Below, piece after piece: positions 39,321 through 53,041 of a stretch of DNA of 64,000 bases; the first letter of the stretch is position 1, and each line of letters starts with the position of its first letter. This DNA is from Camelus ferus (Eukaryota): NCBI RefSeq assembly GCF_009834535.1, contig NC_045697.1, positions 113,710,001 to 113,774,000 of the forward strand, given 5' to 3'. The notes under the pieces are model-generated. The model was not told the origin of the DNA. It did not search any database and saw only the letters and a list, made by a program, of their open reading frames with translations. The position numbers were made by a program, and so were the translations under genes.

Positions 39321-41481
39321 ATTATTTTGTACATTAATTAAAGTATTATGCACAATTTTATGTGTTAATTGACAATTGTTGACAGTTTACTCTCTACACC
39401 TTCTCTGGTCAAGTCATATAAGATACACCTAGAACTGACTTCAAAATTGCTTGTTCCTCTATGTGCAGGAACAGTTTGTATATCAATTTCAGAGTTTATC
39501 CCAAAAACTATCTCACAAAGACTTTATCACTTTCCAACCTCCAAAAGTCAAACTAGAGTTCAACTTAGACAAATAATTCTCTAATGGCAAAAAACTAGAC
39601 AAGATATTTTATATTTTAGTCAAATGCTTATCTTCCAAGATAATAAGGGGAAAATTGTGTGTTGTATTCCTTTCTATTATTACTTAGTTTGGGGACACAA
39701 ATGAAAACATTTAGGAGAAAGAAAGTTGCTCATGTTATAGAAGTAAAATAACTTTATTTCATGTATTTATTAAATTTTCTAATGTAAAACTGCAATCTAC
39801 CAAATTGCAATCAAGGCCAAATTAACCTATAACACTGTTTATTGATAGCATTAGATCATTTATTTGAGAAGAAAAACTGAGTAGGAATGAGCCTGATAAA
39901 ATAATTATGTTTACTGATCCCATGATATTATTGTGTATATAACTGATAAAATAAATTGTATGTTAAGGATACACACCCACATAGATCACATATTTTCACA
40001 AATACACACACACACACACACACATGCAGAATTGGAAGGTTACCACGTCCATAACAATTGTTTTCTTTACCATACAAAAACAGTCTTTAACATCAATATT
40101 TCAAAACCCACAAAATCACTGAATGAAGTACCAGGATCTGCCTTAGAGAACAGTTATTTAAACATCCAGCATTTTATATATGTTGAAAGGTGTACAAAGA
40201 CATTAAGAAAGTTGGCCAAATGAGCAAATAAATTATAATTTAATAGCCACTAGTCGTATTCATTAAAATTTGTGCAACATATGACATAAGTGGGAACCGA
40301 AAAAAATCAGGGAAGGAATCGTTATGATTATCAAAAAGTATCCATTTGCTGCTTAATTTAGCATTCTTGTTTGTTTGTGGTTATGAGTAGTAACTAATAT
40401 ATTCCTCACAGGTTTAGTGTCTCTCAGGCTCTCCTGTGTCTGTGTAATTGTGTTTTTCTTTCTCTCATGTGTCCTTCAGTATATGGTGATGCCCTTTGCT
40501 GGCAGTGGCTCTGACCTTTGATTTGAATGTCATCAGAGTGAGCAAAACACATCGCAGTCCCTCCCTCCTAGAAGTCGCATCTCACTGTCCCTCTGGATGT
40601 TTGCTGCTGACTTTGTGACACCTGGCGGTAATTGCCCTGCCCCTCACTGTCGGGGGTTCTTCCAGTAATTGGTGTAGTTCACACATCAGTGGTATGTTCC
40701 TATTAGGCTCTGTCTGTTTCCAAAGTAAAAAAATAAAGGCTTTGGAGTGAGTACAAATTAGCTATGAATTGTGAACACATTTATTCACATGGCATGCAAT
40801 AGTTAGCAAGCAGTAATTTTTCTGATCAACCGTTCTTTTTTGTTTTGTTTTGTTCAATCTGAAGTTACATCTCAGAGTATTTGCTGTGTAGCATCTTTGT
40901 GAGGAAGAGAGAAAAGGGCCAGTGCTCAGTGGGTTTCCAGGAATAGCAGATCTCTGTCTCCATCTCCTTACTTCCCATTCAATTGCTACTGATTCCTTTT
41001 CTCTTCTGTATTGTGTTTTCTGAGTGCAGCACAGTGCATAGTAATCACCAAAATGGAGCAGCAGGATGAGGGAAGGCTTGCTGGTGGCAGCACGTGACGC
41101 AGTGGTGTTTAGTGATGACATTACAGGTGTGATGCTCTACAGGTCTGACTAAAGCAGGGGCGTGGAAATGGACAGTTGAAGGGAAAACTCAAACAGATTG
41201 CAGAGAGAGAACTAACAGGACTCATGCAAGAACCGAAGTTTAAAAAGGAGACTTACTAATAGGTTAGAGAATAGTAGATTAGATTATTAATGATATAAAA
41301 TAGATGAATTAGACGTAAATAAGATTCATTGTACCTATCTTTTTTCATTGAACCAATATTCTTGAGAGCAGACAAGTACAATGCCCTCTGTCCAGTGGAT
41401 TCTTTTGTCCTCTATTATGTGGGAAATACAGCAATGAAAAATGCAGAGAAATTCTTGCCCTTATGAACCTTATATTCTACA

Positions 41482-41783
41482 CCGGGGTCACCATTATCTT
41501 TTGTAAAAGACCAGATAGCAAATATTTAGGCTTTGCTGGATATAAGGTCTTTATCTTACTAGCCCTAGATTGGCCAAAGGCAATATTTACTCACATCAGC
41601 CTATACACTTTCCAGTAAGACTCTTATGTATGACCACTAATATATGAATTTTATATAATTGTCTTGAAAGGACTATGAAATACTATTTTTCTTTTAATCC
41701 TGCTCTCAACCATTTAAAATTGGAAAGAACAGGTTTAGCTCATGCAAAAATAGTCAGTGGAATGGAGCAAGTTCTACATCCCA
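41482..41783 (+). mobile_element. MER58B-like hAT-Charlie DNA transposon
   Basis: ccggggtc...tgtaaaagaccagatagcaaatatttaggctttgctgg...tgaattttatataatt...caaccatttaaaatt...ttagctc follows the recalled MER58B consensus end to end. Confidence 0.75.
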
Positions 41784-41917
41784 CATGAGAAGTCTGATTT
41801 AGCTAATGATGAGGTTGAGAGCTGTGGGGCATCCTTGTGCAGATATCCAGAAGGTATTTGGGAGAGTAGAAGGTAGAAAGAGCAGGATCAGGTGTCAACA
41901 TAAAGAGTTAGGAATCA

Positions 41918-42489
41918 TCTTAAGAAAACTAAAAATAGACTTACCATATGATCCAGCAGTCCCACTCCTGGGCATGTATCCTGAAGAAAACTCTAATTTG
42001 AAAAGATACATGCACCCCAGTGTTCACAGCAGCACTATTTACAATAGCCAAGACATGGAAACAGCCTAAATGTCCATCAAAAGATGACTGGATAAAGGAA
42101 ACATGACATATATATATATAATGGAATATTACTCAGCCATAAAAAGAATGAAATAATGCCATTTGCAGCAACATGGATGGACACAGAGATGATCATACTA
42201 AATGAAGTAAGTCAGAGAAAGACAAATATCATATGATTCACTTATATGTGAAATCTAAAAAAATACAAATGAACTTATTTACCAAACAGAATCAGACTCA
42301 CAGACATACAAAACAAACTAATGGTTACCAAAGGGGAAAAGAGCAGGGAGGGATAAATTAGGAGTTTGGGGTTAACAGATACACACTACTGTATATAAAA
42401 TAGATAAACAAAAAGGACCTACTGTATAGCACAGGGAACTGTATTTAATATCTTGTAATAACCTATAAAGGAAAAGAGTCTAAAAAAGA

Positions 42490-42531
<42 letters not shown>

Positions 42532-42619
42532 CTGAATCACTATGCTGTACACCAGAAACTAACACAACATTGTAAATCAACTATACTTCAGTTGAAAAAA
42601 AATAAAAATAAAAACAAAC
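41918..42619 (+). mobile_element. 5'-truncated cetartiodactyl-type LINE-1 with TSD and internal (TG)n
   Basis: Translates LRKLKIDLPYDPAVPLLGMYP (ORF2); 3'UTR and A-tail; TSD aaagagttaggaatca (41902-41917) / aaaaagttaggaatta (42620-42635); (TG)n at 42493-42529. Confidence 0.93.
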
Positions 42620-43297
42620 AAAAAGTTAGGAATTAAGCAGAGGATAATTCAAATCAAGGAAAAGAAGATAAATGAAGACAAGGAAGAAGGACAATTGAGC
42701 CCCAAGACTTAAATTTGCCTTAGGAACTTAGAAGACTGACTGATTTGCATTCAAATTAAATTCAGAACAGATTCCAGGAAAGGGAAGATCAGACTAATAT
42801 TTTACAGAGAAGAAAAAAAAAAGATTTTTGAAAATAAGACATTTAATTTGAGATAAAGCAATTCACCCAGAGATCAATAATGTTTAAAACCATTTTAAAT
42901 TCATATTATCTTTTGCCTACACTCTCTCCTAGTACCACATGAAAAGACATCAGAACATCAAAGGCAAGGAAAAAACAGCCTCACCGTGGGCTGCTAAACA
43001 CTCTGATCTATATTTTAGACTTTAGAAGAAAATTGAGAAAGTCTAGCATCACATGCAATATTCTTGAAAAAGAATCAATTAATTCTTTACTGTGTACTTT
43101 TGAGAGTAAAATTTATATCTTAATCTTTCTTATTATTTCATCATGGATTCCTGAATGATTTTTAATGATTCTTTCACTTATTAAAACAAACTTAATCAAA
43201 TTATTCATCACTATATAAGATTTATACTCAATTTTCCCTCAGAGTAATAGCATCCTTTCCCAATGTTTAAGCAGTTTTGTATCCATCTTAGACATTT

Positions 43298-43383
43298 ATT
43301 TATTTTTTTTTTAATTGAAGTATAGTCAGTTACAATGTGTCAGTTTCTGGTGTACAGTATAAGCACACAGTTATAAGTTTCAG
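43298..43383 (-). mobile_element. Very short L1 3' terminus insertion with TSD
   Basis: T-tail + aattgaagtatagtcagttacaatgtgtcagtttctggtgtacag; TSD ttagacattt at 43288-43297 and 43384-43393. Confidence 0.85.
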
Positions 43384-45497
43384 TTAGACATTTCTTTCTC
43401 CCTCTTTCTCCATATACAAATTGTTTACAAATCTATAAACTCTATTCATCAGTGACCATCTAACACATGCCAAGCATGTGGCTTTTGTTAGATATTAAAT
43501 ACACGAGGCCTTTTGAGTTATCAGTAGCAACTGTAATCTTTGAGTTTAACTGGCAGCCACCAAAGTGATATAAAATGTCTTACTTTGACCAATCTTTTCT
43601 TGGCTGAGCGCTGTCAGTGTTAGAAAGTAAAACCAAAATACTCTGTTTTAATCCCATCATTTCTAATTGCAATTGCTTTATCTGACATGCTTTGGGGAAA
43701 TAGGAGGAAGAATGAATGGAAAGGGAAGTAGAAAAGAAATTTGAGTAAAACAGAAGTAAGCGATTAAACCCAGCACACTTTTCATAGAACCCACTAGTAA
43801 CTGTGAGTTACTCTTTGGAAAGGCAGTGGTAATTAGGAAAGAATCCCCCCCATTTAAAAAGTTAGAGACTCCAAACTTTAAAACTCTACCTCTTACTTAA
43901 TTTAAATTTAACATAGTAGATTCTGTAGTCATTATGGTCACTGAAGCTATGGGTGTGACTTGAAGCTTAAAAACTTCGAGTCTTTCATGGATACAGCTTC
44001 CCGTAAAGGGCACACCATCTGTAAAAACTCTGATGCCATATTTCTAATCTTCCCTGGCTCTCGCACTATTAGGACACTGTATGTTCTGGAAAATTTAGTA
44101 GTTCCCTTGGAGACCTCAGTATAAATCTACACGGACACCAACAGCCTTGGTTGAGAAGCATGACCGAGTCATGATCGTAGGTCTGCAGTCTGTGGACTTG
44201 AGCCAAGAGAGTCTGATTTACACCGAATTAGAAAGAAGTTCTCACTTCAGTTGCCAATGAAAGCACAAATAAAAAGGGCACAGATATACTGATAGGTAGA
44301 TAGATAGACAGACACTATGAGAAAATAAAATTCCAAAAATTCCAAAAGATATGTTTAAGATATTATTTGGTGGACAATAAATTCTTTATGATAAAGTACA
44401 CATTTTCTTTGTTAAATTCAAATTCGCCATTATGTGTATAAATATGTTACCACCTAAAGGCCTGTCTTATTTTGAAACATAATAGAAGCAAAGGCTTAGA
44501 TATCAATCTAAAGACTTACCAAGGTAAAGCTATTTTCAATAAATTTTGATTCATTAATTAGCAATATGGATAAAGGATTTATTTGTGAAATAGAACACTT
44601 ATGTTTCTTTATAAGGAAATAACCTATTAATATTTGAAGAAGAATTTAATATACATTTCCTTACAAAGGTAACTAATATTTGTTATTGAAACTTATCCAT
44701 AATGTTTTAAATTCCCTGAGAAATTAGGATTAACAACATCAAGCTTTATTGTACTGAGTACACATCACGGTTGCTAAAATCTTGAAACAAAAAATAAACA
44801 CAGGAAGATTCCTTTTGATCTATTACAGTACTAATCATTTAGGATGGAGAAAAAATTACAACAAAATCCACACTAGCCTTGAGAAAGAAATTTTTCATTC
44901 TTACAATTGGCATTGTGCTTTTCATAGCTAGGTCACATAATTTTATACTAGCATTACTTTTATGTTAAATTTAAACTTAATCTCTTAGATCTAAAAACAA
45001 AAAAGCCCAAAACATTAAGCCTTTTTCAGAAAGGGTGTTGGCCTTTGTTTAGCCTAGATTGCTTGTCTCACTGTGCCATATATGAATTAGGTTGTGTACT
45101 ATGTATGCAAAGAAGAAATCTGAGTGATTGATAGAAATTTTCAAGGAAATAAGAACATGCCTACTGTGATGGTTAACTTCACATGAATGTCCACTTATTT
45201 GGTTAGACATTCTTCTGGCTGTGTCACCGAGGCTGTTTTGGGACAAGATTAACACGTGACTCAGTTGACTGAGTAAAGCAGATGGAAACCTCCCCGCTTT
45301 GGGGGGATTGCTCATCCATTTCTTGGTGGCCCAAATAGAAGAAAGAGTGGAGCGAGGAGAACTTGCTCTCCTCCACGTGACTGTCCTTGAACAGGGACAT
45401 TGGTCTCTCCTCCTCTTGGACTTGGACCAGAACTTACAACATGGGTTTTTCTTTTTCTCAGGACTTACCACACCGTGGGCTCTCCTGGGCGTAAAGC

Positions 45498-47970
45498 ATG
45501 ACAGTGATATTTTGCATTGATGACGTTATGATCGTTGGACCCAGAGAGCAAGGAGTAGGAACACCGTAGACTTATTGTTCATGTATTTGTGCATCAGAAC
45601 CAGGGTTCTAAGGGTCCAGTGGTGTGGGACATGCTGAGATACCATTTCTACGGTGAAAGACGAGTTGTTGCATCTGGCCCCTCTCATAACCAAAAAAGAG
45701 GTGCAGTGTGTAGTGGGCCTCTGGATTTGAGAGATAACAGATTCCTCATTTATGTGTTACTCTGGCCCATTTACCAAGTGACCCAAAAAGCACTTGGTTT
45801 TGAGTGAGCCAAGAGCAAGAGTAGATGCTGCCGGAGGTCCCAGCTGCTGTGAACCAGCTTTAGCCTTGATGCTGTATGATTTTGGAGAGCCAGCGGTGCT
45901 TGAAGGCACATGGGGGCACTATTTGGAGCCATTGGCAGCCACTTATAGGTAAATTGCAGTGCAGTCTCAGGATTTTGGAGTGAAGCCCTGCCTTCGTTTA
46001 CAGACAACCACTCTCCTCTGGAGAGAAAAATAAATAAACTTGGCTTGCTATTGGGCCTTAGGAGAGACTGAAGACTAAGCATGGATCGAGTTACCTTCAA
46101 CCTGAGCTTCCCACCATGAATTGGGTGTTAACTGACCCACCAAGCCATAAAGTTGGGCATGCAGGTCAGCACTCCATCAACCAGTGGAAGCAGTTTATAC
46201 ATGATTAGGACTGAGCAGGCCCTGAAGGCACACACAAGTGACATGAAGAAGTGGCCCAAATGGTCCCCCTTCTGCCATCTTGCCTTCTCTCCCTCAGCCT
46301 AGCCTGTGACCCTGTGGGGAGCTCCCTATGATCAGGGGACAGAGGAAGAGAAGACTGGGGTCTGGTTTACAGGTGGGTCTGAAGGACGGTGGTGAAGGGC
46401 AGTCCTCCCAGTGGGAGGAACTTTGAGCAGAGCACCTACTTATTTACTTTATGTAAAAGGAGAAATAGCTAGATGTGTATTTTATACTGATTTATGCACT
46501 GTAGTCAATGGTTTGGCTAAATGGTCAGGGCCTTGTAAGAAACATGATTGGGGAGTTGGTGACAGAACATTTGGGGAAGAGGACTCTGTGGATGACTCTC
46601 TCTGAGCAAAAATCATGAAGATATTTGTGTTCCATGTGAGTGCCCCATCAAGGATGACCTCAGTGGGGGATATTTTTAATAATTAAGTGGATAAGATGAC
46701 CTATTCTGTGGATACCAGCCTGCCTCTTTCTCCAGCCACCCCTGTCATCACCCAAAGGGCTCATGGACAAAGTGGCCATGATGGCAGGGATGGAGGTGAC
46801 GGACAGGCTCAGCCATATGGACTTCCGCTCACTCAGGCTGACCCGGCTCCAGGCACAGTTGAGTACCCACCCTGCCAGCTGCAGAGACCAAAACCAAGCC
46901 CCCACGTGGCACCATCCCCGGGGGCGAGCAGCCAGCTACCTGTGACTGGTTGATCACACTGGGCTGCTTCCATCATAAAGGAGCAGCACTCTTTTATTGG
47001 AATAGACACCTACTCTGGATATGGATTCACGGTCCCTGCGTGCAAAGCTTCTGCCAAAACTATCATCTGTAGACATTGAATGTCTTCTCTGCCATCATGA
47101 TATTCCACATGGCATTGCTTTTGACCAAGGAGCTCCCTTCAAGTCAAAAGAAGTGTGGCAATGGGTCCCTGCTCATGGAACCCAGTGATCTTTTCGTGTT
47201 CCTCACCATCCCAAAGCAGCTAGTTTGACAGAACAGTGGAATGATGTTTTGAAGACTTAGGTACAATGCCAGCTAGGTGGCAATGCCTCGCAGGGCTGGA
47301 GCAAGGTTCTCCCGAAGGCTCTGTGTGATCTGAATCAGTGTCTAATATATGTTGCTGGTTCCTCCGGAGCTAGGATTCATGGGTTCAAAGTCAAGGCGTG
47401 GGATGGGAGTGGCACCACTCGCTGTTATCCCTAGTGACCCCCTAGAAAAATATTTGCTTCCTGTTCCCACGACCTTGTGCTCTGCTTGCCTAGAGGTCTT
47501 AGTTTCAAAGGGAGAACTATTTCCTCTAGGAAGCTCAACGATGATTCCATTGACCTAGGAGTTGACTGCTAGCCACCTCTTTGGGCTTCTCGTGACTCTG
47601 AATCAGCAGGCAGAGAAGACAGTTACTTGCTGGTTGGAGTGATTGATACTGACGGTCAAGGGGTATTGGACTGTCCTCCACAATGGAAGTAAGGAAGCTC
47701 GTATCTGGAATACAGGAGATCCCATAGGACTGGTTTTATTATTACCACGTCCTGGGATTAAGGTTAAAGCAAAAACTACAGCCCAGTCTAGGCAGGGCTA
47801 CTAATGCTGCAGTGTCTTCAGGAGTAAATATTTGGATCATGCACCAGGTAAAGAGCCATGATCAGCTGAAGTGCTCGCTAAAGGCGAAAGGAATACAGAA
47901 CAAGCAGTGGATGGAGGTGTTATAAAAACCAGTTACAGTCACATGACTAGGTAACAGAAAGGAGGAGCGT
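45498..47970 (+). pseudogene. pol: ERV-L pol pseudogene: RT C-half, RNase H, integrase, dUTPase
   Basis: CIDDVMIVGP (YIDD motif, 45513); LLWPIYQVTQKA; PYDQGTEEEKTGVWFTGGS; HGQSGH...YPPCQ; integrase D(46952)-D(47123)-35-E(47231); dUTPase GVIDTDGQ (~47636); many stops and frameshifts. Confidence 0.92.
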
Positions 47971-48326
47971 ATTTGTCATGAGCATTTCCTTCGTATTTTG
48001 TTATGAACGTGCAAATTCAGCAAACATTTTTTTTTCTTCTCTTCGTCCCCTTATTATGTAACATAAGATGTATTGACTTTATAGCATGGGGTGTAACTAT
48101 TGCTAATTTTACATGATAATATTTAAGTTCTGGATTTTGAGGAGAAGCATAGACCTCACCCAAAGGCTGTACCCGCTCTTCAGGGTGAGGGGTTAACTGT
48201 GCCTTCAGTCATTACAGAATTGTTGTATTATGTCAGGCAGACTTAGGACCTTGTTATTATCTTTATTTGGAGATTCATTATGGTTTAAGGAGAAACGTAA
48301 GGTGCCAAGTTGATGATGGATGGACT

Positions 48327-49295
48327 TGAGATGATTAATTTTACATGTCATGTTGGTTGGACCCTGGCACGTGCAAATATCTGATAAACATTACTTTGTG
48401 TGCACGTGTGACGGTGTTGTTTTGATGAGATTAACATGTGAATTGGGAGACTGGGTAAAGCAGATTGCCTTCCCCAGTGTGGCTGGGCCTTATTCCATTC
48501 ACAGAACGTCTGAATAGGAGGAAAGACAGGGGAAGAAAGCTCTTTTCAAGCTGACACCTTGGGCTTCTCTCGTCTTCAGATTGTGACTTGCACTTGAAAT
48601 CATACCATCAGTTCTCCAGGTTCTCAGGCCTTCAGACTCAGACTGGGGCTGCACCACAGACCCTCCTGAGTCTCCAGTTTACCAACTGCAGGTCTTGGGA
48701 CTTCTCACCCTCTACAATCACGGGAGCCAATTCCTTATAATAAATCTACTTGTATATACAGTAAATACGTGCAGATCTCCCTCAACTTACTATGGGGTCG
48801 TGTCCCTATAAACCCATCATGGGTTGAAAACTTTCTAAGTTGAACATACATTTAACACACCTAACCTACTGAACATCACAGCTTAGCCTAGCCGACCTTA
48901 AGTGTGCTCAGAACACTTGCATTGCCCTACAGTTGGGTAATATCACCTGACACAAAGCCTACTTTATGATAAAGTGTTTAGTATCTCATGCCATTGATTG
49001 GATCGTGTACTGGAAGTGGAAACAGAATGCTTGTCTGGGTCCAGAATGGTTTGGAAGTGTATCCTCTGTTTATTCTCCTGATGGGCAGCAATGCCCACCG
49101 CCCAGGGTCACAGGAGAGCATCTTACAGCATGTATGGTTCCCCCTGGCAATGATCAAAAGTCAGTATGTGGCGCCTGGTCGCTACTGAACGTGTATCAAT
49201 TTCACACCATCATAATTTCAAAATACCATGTCAGGGACCATCTGTATATATAAAGTCTACTGGTTCTGTTTTTCAGAGGGACATAGATTTGCACA
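48327..49295 (+). mobile_element. MLT2 3' LTR (interrupted by MER47)
   Basis: tgagatgattaattttacatgtca...gtaaagcagattgccttccccagtgtgg...gagccaattccttataataaatct...tggttctgtttttcagag...caca. Confidence 0.85.
48772..49244 (+). mobile_element. MER47/Tigger5-type TcMar DNA transposon (non-autonomous)
   Basis: Inverted termini cagat...atctg; cctcaacttactatggggtcgtgtccc...cacctaacctactgaacatcacagcttagcctagcc matches the recalled MER47 consensus; flanks tg / ta (TA TSD, one mutated). Confidence 0.85.
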
Positions 49296-50409
49296 TCTAT
49301 TTTGAGACTTCTTGAATATCCTTTATTATTTCATGAGAAATCTTAGCCTTTCCACAGGGAATGTCTCAGAGATATTTTGAGTATTCCTATAAGATGGGGA
49401 AATAAACAAATAAGTGATTTGGACTTTGGCCAAAGAACCATGGGAATATAAGTGAGGCTTGATGGAAGCTGACTGTCACACTGTGGCAAAGAAATATGTT
49501 TATCTTGCTCATGTGCCCCTAAATAGGAAAATAATATCTAAAGGAGGACTTACATCAGATTTTTAAGACATAGATGTCTATTTTAAATTATTTAACCTTT
49601 TAGAAACATAAAAGAAACTCTTTACATGCTAAGTACACTACAGTATTTGTTTTGAAAGCTAATAAATTTGAATGTAAATTTAACTAGCTATTCGCATCAT
49701 AGAAGTGTCAGAAATGTATCAATAATTTTACACTGGTTCTTACTTATTCCATTTATTTTGAAGAAGACAGCTACAGTCACTTTGAACAAGTACTTAAGAT
49801 AAAATAAGTTAAGTAAACCTGCATTAACACGCCAGTGCCATCTGTATTGTGTACTGTGTATTGGATTTATCTTTGAAACATTTTAATCATTCTTTAGTAA
49901 TCCTGGGATACTTTTAATTAGTGAGGCAATTGGTTTTTCTGAAAAGAAAGTTGCAGGCATGTCTGATAACATATGTAACTGTGTTTTCATTTTCTGCTCA
50001 TCATTTATTTTAGTAAGCGCTTTGCCCATGTCTCTGCAATTCACTTCCTTTATGACTCAGGGAAGTACATCCAGGACTATCGTACCTTTGTACTTTGTAC
50101 TTCACCACAGCGCAATGTTAGTTAATTAAGTTAAGCAATACACACAAAAATTATCTCCATTTTCTGTTGTAATTTTCCCGTAACAGTTGAATAAATGACA
50201 AGTCTACATAGGCCCTATTTCAGCAAAACATCAGGACTTACGCAAATTATATATGATTGCTCAGGCAAGTTTAATTAAGGCTGTTAGAAAAAAATTGGTG
50301 TGATGATTAAGATTATGTTTAAGAATGTACGATTATTTTTTAATTCCATAATAAATTCTTAATGTTATAATGAGTGAAGAGAGGGTAGGATACTATTCTT
50401 ATTAACAAA

Positions 50410-50560
50410 ACAATTTTTTTGAGCACTTATTGTGGGCTAGGCATACTTACATAATTTAGTTCTTTCAATCTTAAACAGCAATCCTATAAATATATAATGT
50501 TATTTGACTGTTTTTACAGAGCACAAAATTTGGGGTTAGAGAGGAAAACTTGCTGAAGGA
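50410..50560 (-). mobile_element. MIR fragment
   Basis: tttttgagcacttattgtgggctaggca...tttttacagagcacaaaatttggggttagagagg. Confidence 0.55.
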
Positions 50561-50959
50561 ACTTCTTAGACTAATTCTAGAAATATGACCATAAAACCAA
50601 AAAGTTTTGAGAACTACAAAGAATCTGATTGTAAGGTAGGTAGATATAGTAAAGGAAATAAATGCAAGTATAACTGATATTATATAAATTTTTTTTAATA
50701 ATCTGCAGGATTACGTGCTTCTCATAGTGGACAAACATTTAGCAATAATGGATATGGCTTAAAGGTTAAGCATGTGAGCTTTGAAAGCAAAGCTAACCAA
50801 AGTTTTAAAATTATGGAATTTCTGTTATGACATTTGTAAATAGGGTTCAGTGAGTCCAATCAGTATTGGAGGCCAGAGTCCCTTGTTCTGCACCTTAGGC
50901 AAATTCTCTGGTCAAAATAACACCTAAGCTAATTGGGAAGATAATATCATACTGCGTGT

Positions 50960-51205
50960 TTTCATTGATTTTTAAGCTCAAAACCAGAAAAAAATCATCT
51001 CTGGGACAAAAGTCAAGATAATGGTTTTCTTTGTGGGACATTGACTGGTAAGGGCATAAAGCACTTTCCATGTTGCTGATAACACTATTTCTTATTCTGC
51101 ATGCTGGTTATTTGGTCACATGGATTTTGTGAGAATTCATCAAACTGCACATGAAAGCTTTGTATGATCGATTGTCTTTACGCAGGATGCACACCAATAA
51201 AAAAA
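50960..51205 (+). mobile_element. L1ME-type 3' end fragment
   Basis: aagtcaagataatggttttctttgtggg...ttgtgagaattcatcaaactgcacat...caataaaaaaa. Confidence 0.65.
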
Positions 51206-53041
51206 GGGAACATTGCTTTGATTGGTAACCACAAACATATCAGCTGGCTGCCTTCAGTTATTCACTCAAAATTGTTCCCTTTATGCCACTGTTGTTCTTT
51301 TGTTGCATAAATATTCCATAATGGAAAAAATAAATTTAAATATAGAAAATGGATAATAAAATCAATAGTGTACAAACTGAGTTACAGAATAATGTATTCA
51401 TTTTTAAGTATGTGCAATATTTAAAATAATTTACTTAAAATAGATTAATATTGACATTCTAATTTAAGATACTTAATTGAAAAAATGATGTATAGTGTGG
51501 CTTTAAATAGTAACCTTAAAAATCATATAAGCTGTATGTATACACATTTAAGAGGCCTGAATAGTCACTGTAGTTATAAATTGAATTTATTAGCTTTATA
51601 AAAATATTAAGGTTTTTAAAAGGCTTATTTATTAGTAAATGTGAAGGACTTATAAAGCTAATAGAATACAGTAAATTATGAATACAGTATTTAATCATTT
51701 ACCTCAAAAAGTTAAAGTCAACCCAGAACTAAACTGGTATTTCAGCCACATGAGGTTTATTTATTTTCTGCAACAAGGAAAGGACTCAGGAAGAAACAGG
51801 GAGAATTTTTCTCTGCAAAACACACACTTGCACTGAATGATCGCAGGAGGCCGTAGCGAGTGGGTTGGCTGGTCTTCCTGAGGTGAGGCTACAGGAGATG
51901 AGGGTTCACTTCTCCATTGATTGATGCCACTAGGTGAGGGCAGCTTAGCAACAGAGGATCTCTGATCTGTGTTCAAGAGCCATGATCAATCGTGGGATAA
52001 GTCATCGGTGAGGAAGCAGGAACCCCAAAGAAGAGGGCTGGTATGACATTCGAGAGCTGTGGCATGACCTTGGAGAAACAGCCTCCTGCTGACTTGGCAG
52101 CTGACTTCATTCATGTCTGTTTCAGCTGTCTGCTTAGTGGCAAGATTGATTTTCATGTGTGCAGTCCCACTCTGATTTCTTTCACTCTGTTGATTTCAGA
52201 TTAGTTTTTACTCTCTTACAACACAACTTTTTTTCCTTTCTCTTTCTTTTCTTCCTTCCTTCCTATATTCATTCCTCCCTTCTTCCCTGCCTTTCTTACT
52301 CTTTTGGGAAGGGAGATGGAAATTACATGCACAAACTGTACCCTCCATGTTTACTTTCTTCTCCAAAGCAAAGCACATGACACGCCAGTCTGCTTTTGTC
52401 CTCTCCCCAAAATGCGGATGGGACTTTGGAGAATCCAGGACAATGATAGTTGACTAGAGTGGCATCAGAAGCTCCATTTGGTTCTTAAAAGTAAAATCTG
52501 TTTCTGGCCCTGAAGAGCAAAACAACTATGGCTGAGCAATTGGCATTTATAGTCAAGGTTTTTGCAAGCAGCAAAAAAGTCCCTCCTGATACTGAATTTT
52601 AATCCATTTGAAACCAAATCATAGTAATGTTTCAGTTAACTAAATCCTCAAGCTAACCTGACCTATACTACCCAGAATTTTAATTTTTAAATTTAGATAT
52701 AAGCAAACACGTAGAGAGGGTTATGAGGACGGGAGCAGGACAGCACACTTGACCGGAAAGGTTTGAGTTTTCTTAGAAGAAAGGAGGAGATGGGAAACCA
52801 GGGCTCGCTGTAGGTCTTCAGGGGCTCTCAGACCCCCATGAGTCAGAGGAGACCTCACGGCCAACAAGAGCTCTGAAGAAACCCAGTCACATACTGCTCT
52901 GATGACAAAACTTGCCGTTTGCTGAAAGTTGACTAAATATGGCTGCAGTAGAGTGCAAAGGTCCAGCTCTTCTTGTTAGCTTTAGAGTCTAATGAATGCT
53001 TCCTTCTTTATGTCCTGTGAATGCATTTCTTACACATTCCT

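Larger units (their letters stand above)
45165..49295 (+). mobile_element. Internally deleted ERV-L provirus with MLT2 LTRs
   Basis: Partial 5' LTR (tgtgatggttaa..., 45165-~45490), pol remnants, PPT-like ggtgccaagttgatgatggatggac, 3' LTR 48327-49295; possible decayed 5-bp TSD cctac / tctat. Confidence 0.92.

Noticed and set aside
40762..45471. Longest ORFs in the track (40762..41121, 119 aa; 45049..45471, 140 aa)
   Set aside because: No domain resemblance; the second is antisense to an MLT2 LTR; lengths are within chance expectation for 64 kb
46687..47558. ERV-L integrase/dUTPase ORFs as a domesticated gene
   Set aside because: Multiple stops and frameshifts, HHCC altered (C to Y), RT YIDD changed to CIDD; looks like neutral decay
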